DNA of 64,000 bases, from assembly GCA_045805485.1 (NCBI GenBank), contig JBJMLC010000065.1, positions 16,395-80,394 on the forward strand, written 5' to 3'. A program made the translations under genes and the position numbers. Source of the stretch: Solirubrobacteraceae bacterium (GTDB taxonomy: Bacteria; Actinomycetota; Thermoleophilia; Solirubrobacterales; Solirubrobacteraceae). The notes below the pieces were generated by a model. The model was not told the origin of the DNA. It did not search any database and was given only the letters and a program-made list of their open reading frames with translations. Position 1 is the stretch's first letter; each line of letters starts with the position of its first letter. Shown in pieces: positions 28,751 through 38,408 of the stretch.

Positions 28751-30463
28751 GTGACTTTTACGCACCATCTCCAGAGCGCCACTGATCCACCCACCGGCTC
28801 ACCAGGAGAGCGGCCAGCAGGCGCTGATCCGGTGGAGCATCGGGTGGACCGCGCGGGCCTGGAGCAGACCGGCCAGCCGCTGGCGGGCGCGCCGCTCCGC
28901 GACCTGCTGGTTGCTCATAGGGCGATCGGCGAGGTGGCCGTTGGGCCTGACGACGTCACCGCGGTCCTGGATGCCGAGGGCCGCGTGGTCTCGGCGTCAT
29001 CCAATTGCCGGGACCTGCTCGGCTATGAGAGCCAGGAGCTGGTGGGGACGTACGCCCACGCGCTGCTGCATCCCGACGATCTCCGGTCGCTGGCTCCGGC
29101 CACGCAGGCCTTCGCGGATGGTCTGACCGACCACCTCCACTCCATCCAGCGAGTGCACCACAAGGAGCGGGGCTACACGTTGATCGAGACGACCGTCCGC
29201 TCCACTGGCACCTCCACGGCGAACCGGTCGGCCGGCGCGATCGTCGTGGCCCGAGCGCCGGAGGGCGGCGCGCCTCCGGCGCAGAAGCCGATCGTCTCCT
29301 TCGCGCCGGCTGCGATCGGCACCGCGTACGCATGGGTCACCGCCGGATCACGCCGAGCTGTCGTGGCCTCCGCCGATCCCGTGTTCGCTTCCCTGCTGGG
29401 CACCACCACGGCTTGCCTGGTGGGTCGGCCGCTGGAGGAGCTCACCGATCCTGATTCCCCCGCGGTCGGACAGGCCCGTCTGGCGGCGCTGCTTGATGGG
29501 TCGAGCGCGACCTATCAGGTGGCGCGCATCATGGAGGCCTCGACCGCCGCCGTGGAGCTGACCGTGTCCCTGCTCCCGCTGCCAGACAAACCCGGTCATA
29601 CGGCGGTGATCCAGGCTCGGGATGTGACCCGCCAGCGAGAGGCCGAGAAAGCGGCCCGGGACTCGCTGAGCGAGTTGGAGCGCTCGAACCGCGAGCTCGA
29701 GGCGTTCGCCTCGGTGGCCGCCCACGACCTGGCGGCGCCCCTGCGGGTGGTGGTCGGTTACGCCGAGATGCTGGCGCAGGGCGACGAGGAGCTCAATCCT
29801 CAGATGGCCGAGCTGCTGGACAAGGTGGCCAGCACCAGCCGGCGCATGCAGGCTCAGGTCGACGGCTTGATGATGCTGGCCCGCATGGAGGGCGAGGAGC
29901 TAACCAGCGGCGGCTACGACATCGGCGCGCTGGTGCAGGAGGCGCTGGACTCTCTGAAGGACGAGGTTGAGCGTCTCCGGGCCACCATCGACGTCGGTCA
30001 GCTGCCCACGGCCGTCTGCAACGCCACCGGGATCATCCAGGTGTTCGGGAACCTGCTTTCCAACGCGCTCAAGTACGGTGGCGAGCGGCCCTGGGTGAGT
30101 GTCGAAGCCACGCGCCAATCCGGGGCCTGGCAGTTCACCGTGGCCGACCGGGGGATCGGGCTGCCTGACCGAGCCGAGGGGCAGCTGTTCGAGCTCTTTG
30201 AAAGGGGTGGGACCCCGGGCCGCGTCCCGGGGGCCGGGATTGGCCTGGCCGTTTGCCGGCGGATCGTCGAACGTCACGGCGGGAAGATCTGGTGCGGTCC
30301 CCGGCCGGCCGGCGGGGCCGAGTTTCACTTCACCCTCCCAGACCCCACACCTGACTGTTCGGGCAGCGATGAGACCCCGGACCCCGCACCTGACTGTTCG
30401 GGCAGCGGTGAGACCCCGGACCCCGCACCTGACTACCCGGGCAGCGGTGAGACGAGGTCGTGA
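28751..30463 (+). CDS. PAS-domain sensor histidine kinase
   Basis: PAS (LLHPDD), H-box FASVAAHDLAAPL, N-box NLLSNALKY, DRGIG, GAGIGL; start uncertain (28694-28751). Confidence 0.9.
   Translation: MTFTHHLQSATDPPTGSPGERPAGADPVEHRVDRAGLEQTGQPLAGAPLRDLLVAHRAIGEVAVGPDDVTAVLDAEGRVVSASSNCRDLLGYESQELVGTYAHALLHPDDLRSLAPATQAFADGLTDHLHSIQRVHHKERGYTLIETTVRSTGTSTANRSAGAIVVARAPEGGAPPAQKPIVSFAPAAIGTAYAWVTAGSRRAVVASADPVFASLLGTTTACLVGRPLEELTDPDSPAVGQARLAALLDGSSATYQVARIMEASTAAVELTVSLLPLPDKPGHTAVIQARDVTRQREAEKAARDSLSELERSNRELEAFASVAAHDLAAPLRVVVGYAEMLAQGDEELNPQMAELLDKVASTSRRMQAQVDGLMMLARMEGEELTSGGYDIGALVQEALDSLKDEVERLRATIDVGQLPTAVCNATGIIQVFGNLLSNALKYGGERPWVSVEATRQSGAWQFTVADRGIGLPDRAEGQLFELFERGGTPGRVPGAGIGLAVCRRIVERHGGKIWCGPRPAGGAEFHFTLPDPTPDCSGSDETPDPAPDCSGSGETPDPAPDYPGSGETRS
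30338..30454 (+). repeat. 39-bp tandem repeat x3 encoding PDP(T/A)PD(C/Y)(S/P)GS(D/G)ET at the kinase C-terminus
   Basis: Units start at 30338, 30377 and 30416 with few mismatches. Confidence 0.95.
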
Positions 30464-31173
30464 TGGCCGAGGGACAGCGCATCCGGGCGATCGTGGTCGA
30501 TGACGACGCCGCGGTCCGCGAAGCCGTCCGCGACGCTCTGCAGCAGTCCGGAGTGGTGGTGATCGCCCAGGCCGCCGATGGGCGGGAGGGCATCGAGCTG
30601 GCCTGGCATTACAAGCCGGATGTCGTGGTGCTTGACGTGTTCATGCCCGGGGTGGACGGCGTCACGGCCATGCAGCGCATTCACGAGCGGCTCCCGGAGG
30701 CCTGCTGCATCATGCTCTCGGTGTCCGCGGACTCGGAGTTGGGGGTGCTGGCCCTCCGGGCGGGCGCCGCGGGATTTCTCACCAAGGGTGCCATCAGCCC
30801 TGAGAACCTGGCCGGGCTCATCCGCGGCGCCCTGGAGGGCGAGGTGGCCGCGTCTCCGAAGCTGGTGGCCGGAGTGGTGGCCGAGCTGCGGCGGACGCCC
30901 CAGGGGGGAATCGGGATGCGCCCCGTGCGCAGCGTTCTCACGCCCAGGGAATGGGAGGTCCTGGATCTGATGTCGCTCGGGCGCACGACGCGCCAGATTG
31001 CCGATGAGCTGGTGCTCTCGAATGAAACGGTCCGGACCCACATCAAGAACCTGATGCGCAAGCTCGGCGCCAGCTCCCGGAGCCAGGCCATCGAGCTCGG
31101 GGCCAGGGAGCGCCACGCCAATGACGGCGGTGAGGCTGACATCCACCCGCTGGCGCTACCGGGGCGACACTAG
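30460..31173 (+). CDS. NarL/LuxR family response regulator
   Basis: IVVDDD, VVLDVFMPGVDG, LTPREWEVL, TVRTHIKNLMRKL; GTGA overlap with kinase. Confidence 0.93.
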   Translation: MMAEGQRIRAIVVDDDAAVREAVRDALQQSGVVVIAQAADGREGIELAWHYKPDVVVLDVFMPGVDGVTAMQRIHERLPEACCIMLSVSADSELGVLALRAGAAGFLTKGAISPENLAGLIRGALEGEVAASPKLVAGVVAELRRTPQGGIGMRPVRSVLTPREWEVLDLMSLGRTTRQIADELVLSNETVRTHIKNLMRKLGASSRSQAIELGARERHANDGGEADIHPLALPGRH

Positions 31174-32273
31174 AACTTGATCGCGCCGTCCGGGAGCTCC
31201 ACGCCCGGGAACACACGCGCGCCGGCCCTGAGGAGGTTTTCGTCGCCCAGCGTCACGCCCTCTCCCAGGACCACGCCCCCCTCCAGGACGCAGTGATCGC
31301 CCAGGCTGGCCCGCGGTCCGATGATCGAGGCGCGAATCCGCGTGGAGCTGCCCACGGTCACCCCGTCCAGCAGGACCGCATCCTCGATGTGGCTTCCCGG
31401 CCCGACGGTCACGTTGCGGCCCATGACCGCCCGGCCACCCACGGTGGCTGAGGCGGCCACGGTGGAGCCCTCGCCGATCACAGCCGGTGCCACGGCCCGC
31501 CCGTCGATGCGGGCGCCGTCGGCCAGGACCCCGTGACCCTCATCCAGAGCGGCGCTCATGTCGGTTCTGACGTTGCCCTCCAGGATGTCGAAGGTCCCCT
31601 GGAGGTAGCGTTCAGGTGTCCCGATGTCGATCCAGTAGCCCTGGGCCTCGAAGCCGAACAGGCCCCGTCCCACCAGCGCCGGGAACACCTCACGCTCGAT
31701 CGACACGTTGCTGGGGGGCGGAGGCATCTCCTTCAGGACGGAGCGCTCCAGGATGTAGGCCCCGGCGTTGATCAAATTGGTGTCGATCTCGTCCGAGCTC
31801 GGCTTCTCCAGAAACTCGCTCACGGAGTGATCGGGGTTGCGCCGGACCAGCCCGTAGGCCGAGGGATCGTCGACGGCGATGAGCGCGATCGTCGCCGTGG
31901 CCCCGGTGGATTCGTGCTGGGCGAGCTGGGCGGTCAGATCGATGTCCGTGAGGACGTCGCCGTTCAGCATGAAGAAGCGCTCGGCGAGCAGCTCGCCCGC
32001 GAAGGCCAGCGCGCCGCCGGTCCCCAGCGGGACCGGCTCCTCCACGTAGCGAATGGCCACGCCGAGGTGGTCGCCGTCGCCCAGGACGCGCCGGACGCCC
32101 TCGGCGAAGAACCCGCAGGACAGGATCACGTCGTCCACGCCGTGCCAGCGCAGCCACCGGATCATCAGCTCCAGGTGGGGCCGGTTGGCCAGCGGAACCA
32201 CCGGCTTGGCCATGGTCGACGTCAGGGGGCGCAGGCGGGTGCCCTCTCCGCCGGCCAGGATCAGCGCTTGCAT
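31170..32273 (-). CDS. Mannose-1-phosphate guanylyltransferase-like NDP-sugar synthase
   Basis: ALILAGGEGTRLRPLT, PLGTGGA, NGDVL, FLEKP, WIDIGTP, C-terminal hexapeptide repeats. Confidence 0.9.
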   Translation of the reverse strand: MQALILAGGEGTRLRPLTSTMAKPVVPLANRPHLELMIRWLRWHGVDDVILSCGFFAEGVRRVLGDGDHLGVAIRYVEEPVPLGTGGALAFAGELLAERFFMLNGDVLTDIDLTAQLAQHESTGATATIALIAVDDPSAYGLVRRNPDHSVSEFLEKPSSDEIDTNLINAGAYILERSVLKEMPPPPSNVSIEREVFPALVGRGLFGFEAQGYWIDIGTPERYLQGTFDILEGNVRTDMSAALDEGHGVLADGARIDGRAVAPAVIGEGSTVAASATVGGRAVMGRNVTVGPGSHIEDAVLLDGVTVGSSTRIRASIIGPRASLGDHCVLEGGVVLGEGVTLGDENLLRAGARVFPGVELPDGAIKF

Positions 32274-32443
32274 CGTGCGGCAAGGTACAGCCTCGGCCTG
32301 CAAACCGGGCAGGAAACCCACCCTCCCCGGCGCCTGCGGCACACCAAAATCTAGTCTCTGCAAGGATGCTTCGCCTGACTAATGGTTACCGTCTGTCGTT
32401 CCAAGCCGTGACTGGTGGGTCGCCCTCGGCTTCAGGCAACGAC

Positions 32444-33118
32444 GTGCCCGATATCCGGAAGAACTTCGCTCAGCTCGATCAGCGGCTGGCAGACCTCAGA
32501 GAGCAGCTCTCCGGGCCGGCCGAGGATCCCGCGCCCCCACAGCCCCTGGCCCCGCCGCCCGAGAGGCGGCCGCTGCCCGAGCCCACACTGGCCGCGGCGG
32601 CCGCTGGGGAAGATCCCGGGTCCGAGACCGCCGAGGGCACTGAGGCGGCGGATCCCACCGGGGCCGCAGACCTGCCCAATCTCGAGGGCATCGAGCAGCT
32701 GGGCACCCAGATCGAGCAGCTCCTGACCGTCCGGGACCAGCTGCTCAGCGACGCCCGGGAACTCGTTCGGGCCTTCGAGCGCCGGCTGGACGAGCTGGAG
32801 AGCCAGGGGACGATCTCGGTCACGGTGTCTGCGCCCCCGCCCCGGCCCGCGTTCTTTGAGGGGATGGTTGCGCTGGTCGTATCGGGAGCCAGCCGGATCC
32901 AGACAATCCAGGTCCTGGAGGATTCCCTGGCCCGCATCCCGCACGTGGAGCGGACCTACATCAGACGCTGGCACGCCGGCCAGCTGTGGGTTGAGCTGAC
33001 CCTGAGTGACGGTGTGGAGCTGATCGGAGAACTCAACCGGGTCCTGCCGTTCCCGTTTGCCGTCCGCTCGGCCACCGGGCAGGAGATCGCGCTCAGCGTG
33101 GAGGAAGAGGGGGGCTGA
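32444..33118 (+). CDS. Hypothetical protein: two coiled coils, Pro-rich linker, small alpha/beta C-terminal domain
   Basis: Heptad patterns (FAQLDQRLADLREQL; IEQLGTQIEQLL...LDELE); start uncertain (32366-32444). Confidence 0.65.
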   Translation: MPDIRKNFAQLDQRLADLREQLSGPAEDPAPPQPLAPPPERRPLPEPTLAAAAAGEDPGSETAEGTEAADPTGAADLPNLEGIEQLGTQIEQLLTVRDQLLSDARELVRAFERRLDELESQGTISVTVSAPPPRPAFFEGMVALVVSGASRIQTIQVLEDSLARIPHVERTYIRRWHAGQLWVELTLSDGVELIGELNRVLPFPFAVRSATGQEIALSVEEEGG

Positions 33119-33158
33119 TCAGTGACGGTACGGGGGCGAGCGCCACGGAGGGCAAACG

Positions 33159-33461
33159 GTGACTGAATCCGAACGAAGCGCACTCTCGCAGGCGCTGGAA
33201 AGTGGATTGCCATACGTGGGGCTACGAGGCATGACACCGGATCCGAACCTGCTGCTGTACGTACCGGCGGGCGTGGCTCGCACCGCGGAGGTGGTTCCGC
33301 TGAGCCTCCAGGAGAATGTGCTGCGACTGGCCTGCGCCAGCCCACAGGCCGACCTCGAGCCCATTCGGAGCAGATTTCCCCGCCTGGCGCTGGACGTGTG
33401 CATCTCCGGCGCGGAGGAGATCCGCCAGCTTCGAGGCGCCATGAGTGGAGGCTCCGGATGA
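33159..33461 (+). CDS. Stand-alone GSPII_N/MshEN-C-like domain protein 1
   Basis: GLPYVGL...PDPNLLLYVPAGVART.EVVPL...VLRLACASP matches the GspE/PilB N-terminal alpha/beta subdomain; GGAGG RBS. Confidence 0.7.
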   Translation: MTESERSALSQALESGLPYVGLRGMTPDPNLLLYVPAGVARTAEVVPLSLQENVLRLACASPQADLEPIRSRFPRLALDVCISGAEEIRQLRGAMSGGSG

Positions 33462-33808
33462 ACCCCTCGGACATCGATGCCGCCCGGCGGGTGGCCGATC
33501 ACGCCGGCGTGCCCTTCGTGACCCTGGAGCCGACCCCCGGCGCGGAGGACAGCCACCGGGCTGCCGATCCGACTGCCCGCTCGCTGCTCTCCGAAGAACT
33601 CTGCCGCCAGTTCGGGATGCTGCCCATCGGAGTCCAGGACGGGACGGTCCTGATCGCCTCCGCGGAGCCCGTCCAGTATCTCCCCTACGAGGTGGCTGCC
33701 GCCCTGGGCGGGAGCCCCGTCAGCTTCGTGGTCGTGCCGGGCGACCAGCTGGCACGCGTCATGGCCCGCCGCCAAGATTCGATCCACACCGGGATGCCAG
33801 AACAATGA
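33458..33808 (+). CDS. Stand-alone GSPII_N/MshEN-C-like domain protein 2
   Basis: VADHAGVPFVTL...DPTARSLLSEELCRQFGMLPIGVQDGTVLIASAEP; ATGA overlap with upstream gene. Confidence 0.75.
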   Translation: MNPSDIDAARRVADHAGVPFVTLEPTPGAEDSHRAADPTARSLLSEELCRQFGMLPIGVQDGTVLIASAEPVQYLPYEVAAALGGSPVSFVVVPGDQLARVMARRQDSIHTGMPEQ

Positions 33809-34287
33809 GCACACCTGAGCACGAGCCGCTGGCCGCCGCGGTGGCCAGCCAGATCGAGGCGGTGGTGGCCGCAGCCGAGCAGGCGGCCAACGAGTTTCGC
33901 CGGCAGGTGGAGTCCTCGGCCAAGCAGCAGGCCGACCGCACCCGCCAGGAGGCCGAGGCCGAGGCCCGGCGGATCCGTCAGGAGGCGGCCACGTGGGCGG
34001 CCGAGTACCTCGCGGACTCCAAGCGGATCATCGACGAGTTCACCGCCGAGCGCATCGGGCGAATCTCCGGTGTGACCGATGAGCTCATCCAGGGTGCCGA
34101 ATCCGTTCAGCGCCGGTTCAGCGAGGCCCAGAACGTGCGCCGCCAGATGTACGACCTCATCTCCGCGCTGGGAGCGGCTGCCGAGGCGATCGCACTGGAG
34201 GCCCAGGTCTCACCCCCCGCTCTCCCCGCCGCCGGAACCGAGACCCCCGCCGAGGGCGGGACGGCGGACGTCGAGTCCGGCACCTGA
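33805..34287 (+). CDS. Coiled-coil hypothetical protein (DivIVA/ATP synthase b-like heptads)
   Basis: MSTPEHEPL start with ATGA overlap; VVAAAEQAANE...RQEAEAEARRIRQEA. Confidence 0.7.
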   Translation: MSTPEHEPLAAAVASQIEAVVAAAEQAANEFRRQVESSAKQQADRTRQEAEAEARRIRQEAATWAAEYLADSKRIIDEFTAERIGRISGVTDELIQGAESVQRRFSEAQNVRRQMYDLISALGAAAEAIALEAQVSPPALPAAGTETPAEGGTADVESGT

Positions 34288-34430
34288 GTAGGTTCTCCGG
34301 GCCCAGCGGACGGCGGCGTCCGCTCCAATGAGGACTTCTGCCGCTGAGCGGGAACGCTACGGTGATGTCATACACGTCAGGAGCCGGCTTCGGTAAGCCA
34401 GCCGGCTGAGTTCGCATCTGAGGAGATCTG

Positions 34431-35558
34431 GTGCACGGCCCCACCGAGCTCAACCGTCGCCGCCTGGTGATCGGCACGGTGGTGGGCCTGGCCGCCCTGG
34501 GGGGTCTGTACTTCCTGATCCCGAAGGTGGCCGGCCTGCACCAGACCTGGGGGCAGCTCCGGCGCGGCGACCCGGTGCTCCTGGCCGTGGCGGCCGCTCT
34601 GGAGCTCGTTTCGATCGGGGGCTATGCGCTGCTGTTCAGCACCGTGTTCAGCCGGGGGACGCCCAGGATCAACTGGCGGGCCAGCCTCCAGATACCACTG
34701 GCCGGCATAGCCGCCATCAGACTGCTGGCCGCCGCCGGGGCGGGAGGGGTGGCGGTCACAGTGTGGGCCCTGCTCCGGGCCGGTATGGATCGGGCCGTGA
34801 TCGCCTGCCGGATCGTGGCCATGTACACCCTGCAGTATTCGGTGTACCTGGGCGCCATGGTGGTGTGTGGGCTGGGGCTTCACTTCGGTGCCTTCCCGGG
34901 CGGCGGCTCGCCGGCGCTGACCCTGGTGCCCGCGCTTCTGAGCGCCGGGGCCCTGGTGCTCCTGGCCTGCATGGCGTTCGTTCCCGGGGATTTCCGACGA
35001 CGGCTGGAGTGGCTGTCGCACCGGCCGGGGGTGGTCGGCCGCCTGGCCTCGCGGTTGGCGTCGGCGCCTGAGCTGCTGGGCAGCGGAGTCCGCACCGCCG
35101 TTGACCTGGTCCGTCAGCGGCGCGTTGGGCTCGTGGGAGTGTTCATCTACTGGGGCTTTGACATAGCTGTCCTGGGGCTGTGCCTGCACGCCTTTGGGGA
35201 GGTCGTACCGGTGGCCGTACTGATCATGGGGTACTTCCTGGGCACGCTGGGAAGCCTGCTGCCATTACCGGGAGGGATCGGTGGGGTGGAGGGGGGCATG
35301 ATCGGAGCCTTTGTGGCCTTCGGGGTTCCCGGCGGACGCGCCGTGGTCGGGGTTCTGGCCTACCGGGCGATTTCGTTCTGGCTGCCCACGCTCCCGGGGA
35401 TCGGCGGATACCTGGGCCTGCGCAAGACGGTCAAGGGCTGGCAGGCCGCCGACGAGGCGCTGCAGCCGGAGCCGGTCCCGTCGTCGGCCCCAGGCCCGGC
35501 CTCGGCCTCGTCCTCGGGGGAGGGATCCGTGCCCGCGGGTGCGCGGGACGCTAAGTGA
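34431..35558 (+). CDS. Lysylphosphatidylglycerol synthase TM-domain (flippase-like) protein
   Basis: Multi-TM; LPLPGGIGGVEGGM, VLAYRAISFWLP. Confidence 0.88.
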   Translation: MHGPTELNRRRLVIGTVVGLAALGGLYFLIPKVAGLHQTWGQLRRGDPVLLAVAAALELVSIGGYALLFSTVFSRGTPRINWRASLQIPLAGIAAIRLLAAAGAGGVAVTVWALLRAGMDRAVIACRIVAMYTLQYSVYLGAMVVCGLGLHFGAFPGGGSPALTLVPALLSAGALVLLACMAFVPGDFRRRLEWLSHRPGVVGRLASRLASAPELLGSGVRTAVDLVRQRRVGLVGVFIYWGFDIAVLGLCLHAFGEVVPVAVLIMGYFLGTLGSLLPLPGGIGGVEGGMIGAFVAFGVPGGRAVVGVLAYRAISFWLPTLPGIGGYLGLRKTVKGWQAADEALQPEPVPSSAPGPASASSSGEGSVPAGARDAK

Positions 35559-37195
35559 GCCAGTACCGGGACAGTCCGACCGTGGGCCAGCTCCTCTGGC
35601 GCTTCATGCGCTGGGTGGGGAGGCACGTCCGCGGCCAGGTCGTGCGGCGCGTGGGCGGCCCGGCGCGGGCCCGGGTGATCGTGCTGTTCGGGGCCGTGCT
35701 GGCCGTCAACGGCGCCGACACGGCCACCGTGGGCGCGGTGGCGCCTCAGCTGGAGAGCGCTCTGCACATCGGCGACGCCAAGATCGGCCTGCTCACGTCG
35801 GTCTCCCTGCTCGTCGGCGCGGTGTTCACGATCCCGGTGGGGCTGCTCGTCGACCGTTCCAAGCGCATGCCGATTCTGGCCGCCAGCATCGTGCTGTGGA
35901 GCGTGGCCTCGCTGATGAGCGCCTTCGCCGGGAGCTATTCGGAGCTGCTGCTCACCCGCCTGGCCCTGGGAGCCGTCGCCGCCACGGCCGGCCCGGCCAT
36001 CGCGTCGCTGACCGGCGACTATTTCCCAGCTCGGGAGCGGGGCCAGGTGTACGCGTACATCCTGGGCGGGGAGGTCGCCGGTACGGCGGTCGGCTTCATC
36101 ATCAGCGGCTCGGTGGCCAGTCTGATCGACTGGCGGCTGGCGTTCGTCCTGCTGGCCATCCCGGGCTTCTTTCTAGCCCGCGAGCTCTTGCGGACGGTGC
36201 CCGAGCCGCTCCGCGGTGGGCAGAGCCGGCTGGAGCCCGGGGTGGCAGACCTTGGGGAGGCGCTGGCGGCGGCCCACCAGCGGGCCGCGCAGTCGCCGCA
36301 GGAGGGAGCGGCCGGCGACGGAGGGGTCGAGGCTGACGATGACCTGGCCCATCAGGCGGCCCAGAGGCAGGGGGCCAGACCCGACCCGCGGCTGGTGCTG
36401 ACCGAGGACCCGCAGGACATGAAGCTGATGCGGGCCATTCGCTACATCCTGTCCATCCCCAGCAACCTGCTGATGATCATCGGCTCGTCGCTGGGCTACT
36501 TCTTCTTCTCCGGCCTTCAGACGTTCGCGCTGGTCTTCATCCTCGGCCACTACAACACCGGCCAGGCCACGGCCGAGCTGGTCCTGGCCCTCCTCGTCGT
36601 CGGGGCCCTGATCGGGACCCTTGTCGGCGGTCGCCTCACGGATGTCATGCTCCGACGGGGGAACCTGTCCGCCCGGGTCGTGGTTCCGGCGGTGTGCTAC
36701 GTGGCGGCCGCCCTGCTCCTGATCCCAGGGTTCGTGTCCACGAGCCTGACCCCCGCGATCTGGTTCGACGTGGCTGGCGCAGCCCTGATCTCGGCCGCCA
36801 ACCCGCCGCTGCAGGCGGCCAGGCTGGACATCGTGCCCGCCGGGCTTTGGGGCCGAGCCGAGAGCGTGCGCACGTTCGTCCGCTCGATGGCCCAGGCGCT
36901 GGCTCCGCTGCTGTTCGGCGGATTGGCCAGCCTGGTGGCCGGGTTCGTGCCACAGCAGGCTCCCATCGGCACCCACCCCAACCACCACAAGGTGGCCAGC
37001 GGGTCCGGAACCGGGCTCGAGGTGAGCCTGCTGGTCATGCTGGTCTCGCTCATCGCAGCTGGTGTCGTCCTGTACCGCGCGCGCGTGCGCTACCCGACCG
37101 ACGTGGCCACGGCCGGTGCCTCGCGCCAGGGTCACGAGCGCCCCCCGGTGGCGGTGGTGGCAGTCGATCCGGCCGGCGGCTCGGTACCGGGGTAG
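35555..37195 (+). CDS. MFS transporter
   Basis: GLLVDRSKR motif A variant, SLTGDYFPARERG, GGRLTD; GTGA overlap. Confidence 0.9.
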   Translation: MSQYRDSPTVGQLLWRFMRWVGRHVRGQVVRRVGGPARARVIVLFGAVLAVNGADTATVGAVAPQLESALHIGDAKIGLLTSVSLLVGAVFTIPVGLLVDRSKRMPILAASIVLWSVASLMSAFAGSYSELLLTRLALGAVAATAGPAIASLTGDYFPARERGQVYAYILGGEVAGTAVGFIISGSVASLIDWRLAFVLLAIPGFFLARELLRTVPEPLRGGQSRLEPGVADLGEALAAAHQRAAQSPQEGAAGDGGVEADDDLAHQAAQRQGARPDPRLVLTEDPQDMKLMRAIRYILSIPSNLLMIIGSSLGYFFFSGLQTFALVFILGHYNTGQATAELVLALLVVGALIGTLVGGRLTDVMLRRGNLSARVVVPAVCYVAAALLLIPGFVSTSLTPAIWFDVAGAALISAANPPLQAARLDIVPAGLWGRAESVRTFVRSMAQALAPLLFGGLASLVAGFVPQQAPIGTHPNHHKVASGSGTGLEVSLLVMLVSLIAAGVVLYRARVRYPTDVATAGASRQGHERPPVAVVAVDPAGGSVPG

Positions 37196-37385
37196 GGCCG
37201 GAGGTTCCCGCACTTCGCGGCATCTCAGTGCTCCCGCCTCGGCCTGGAGTCGCTACCGTCCCGTCTGTTTGACATGCTTGCGAGTGCCTCTGGCTGTCCA
37301 GGGCCTTCGCCAGCGCGGGCCGAGCACAGGCGCCGGCCTATGGGGCGGCGCGCGTTCAGTTGGCTGACCCGGCGGCGCGCACACC

Positions 37386-38408
37386 ATGACAACTGCTTCC
37401 GCAAGCCACATACCTGCCGAGTTATCCCGATTCGCCATCGGCTTCGATCACCGTGATCGGGCACGGCTGCACGCCCTGATCGACGAGGTGCTTGATTCCG
37501 AGCGCTGGACCGAGGCGGAGATGGTGGACCGGCTGGAGGCGACCTGGGAGGCGTGGAACGGCGCGCCGGCTGTGGCCGTGTCCAGCTGGACGGGTGGTGC
37601 GCTGGCGGCGCTGGAGTTCGCCGGCGTGCGGGGGGAGACCGTGCTCTGCCCGTCGAACACGTTCATGGCCACGCCGCTGGCCGCGCTCGGAGCCGGCGCC
37701 CGGGTGGAATTCGTCGATTGCAACCGGCACGACCTGTGCATGTCCCTGGAGCACTTCCAGGCGCAGGCCGAGCGCCATCGGCCCCGAGCGGCGATCCTGG
37801 TCCACATCGGCGGCCACATCGCCTTCGAGGCCGAGCAGATCGCCGAGTACTGCCGGCAGGAGCGGATCTTCCTGATCGAAGATTGCGCGCACGCCCACGG
37901 GGCCTCATGGGGTGACCGCCGGCCCGGCACCTGGGGGGATGCCGGGGTGTACTCGCTGTACGCCACCAAGACCATCTCCACGGGCGAGGGCGGCGTGCTC
38001 GTATCACGGCGTCCCGAGGTTCTGGAGCACGCCCGCGCCTTTCGCAATTACGGCAAGCCGGACTACGCCGTCCAGGGCCTCAACTTCCGGATGAGCGAGT
38101 TCACCGCCGCCCTGGGGCTGATCGGAGTCGAGCGTCTCCAGGACATCGTGCGCTGGAAGAACGAGATGGCTCGCCGTCATCTGGATCCGGTCTATCCGAG
38201 CCACATGGACCTCCCTGAGGGCATGGTCTCCGGGCTGTACAAGTACATCGTCTTCGACTGGCTCGAGCGTTCGACGGGGCGCGTCTACGACGAGCCCTGT
38301 CACCGGATCATGGGTCACGATGTGGACCTGCCAAACACCGACTGGGTGGCTCGCAACCACTCCTGCGTTCCGCTCTACTACCGGCCGGAGGGGGACGATC
38401 ACTCATGA
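37386..38408 (+). CDS. DegT/DnrJ family sugar aminotransferase
   Basis: NTFMAT, VHIGG, IEDCAHAHG, SLYATKTISTGEGG (PLP lysine), GLNFRMSE. Confidence 0.9.
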   Translation: MTTASASHIPAELSRFAIGFDHRDRARLHALIDEVLDSERWTEAEMVDRLEATWEAWNGAPAVAVSSWTGGALAALEFAGVRGETVLCPSNTFMATPLAALGAGARVEFVDCNRHDLCMSLEHFQAQAERHRPRAAILVHIGGHIAFEAEQIAEYCRQERIFLIEDCAHAHGASWGDRRPGTWGDAGVYSLYATKTISTGEGGVLVSRRPEVLEHARAFRNYGKPDYAVQGLNFRMSEFTAALGLIGVERLQDIVRWKNEMARRHLDPVYPSHMDLPEGMVSGLYKYIVFDWLERSTGRVYDEPCHRIMGHDVDLPNTDWVARNHSCVPLYYRPEGDDHS

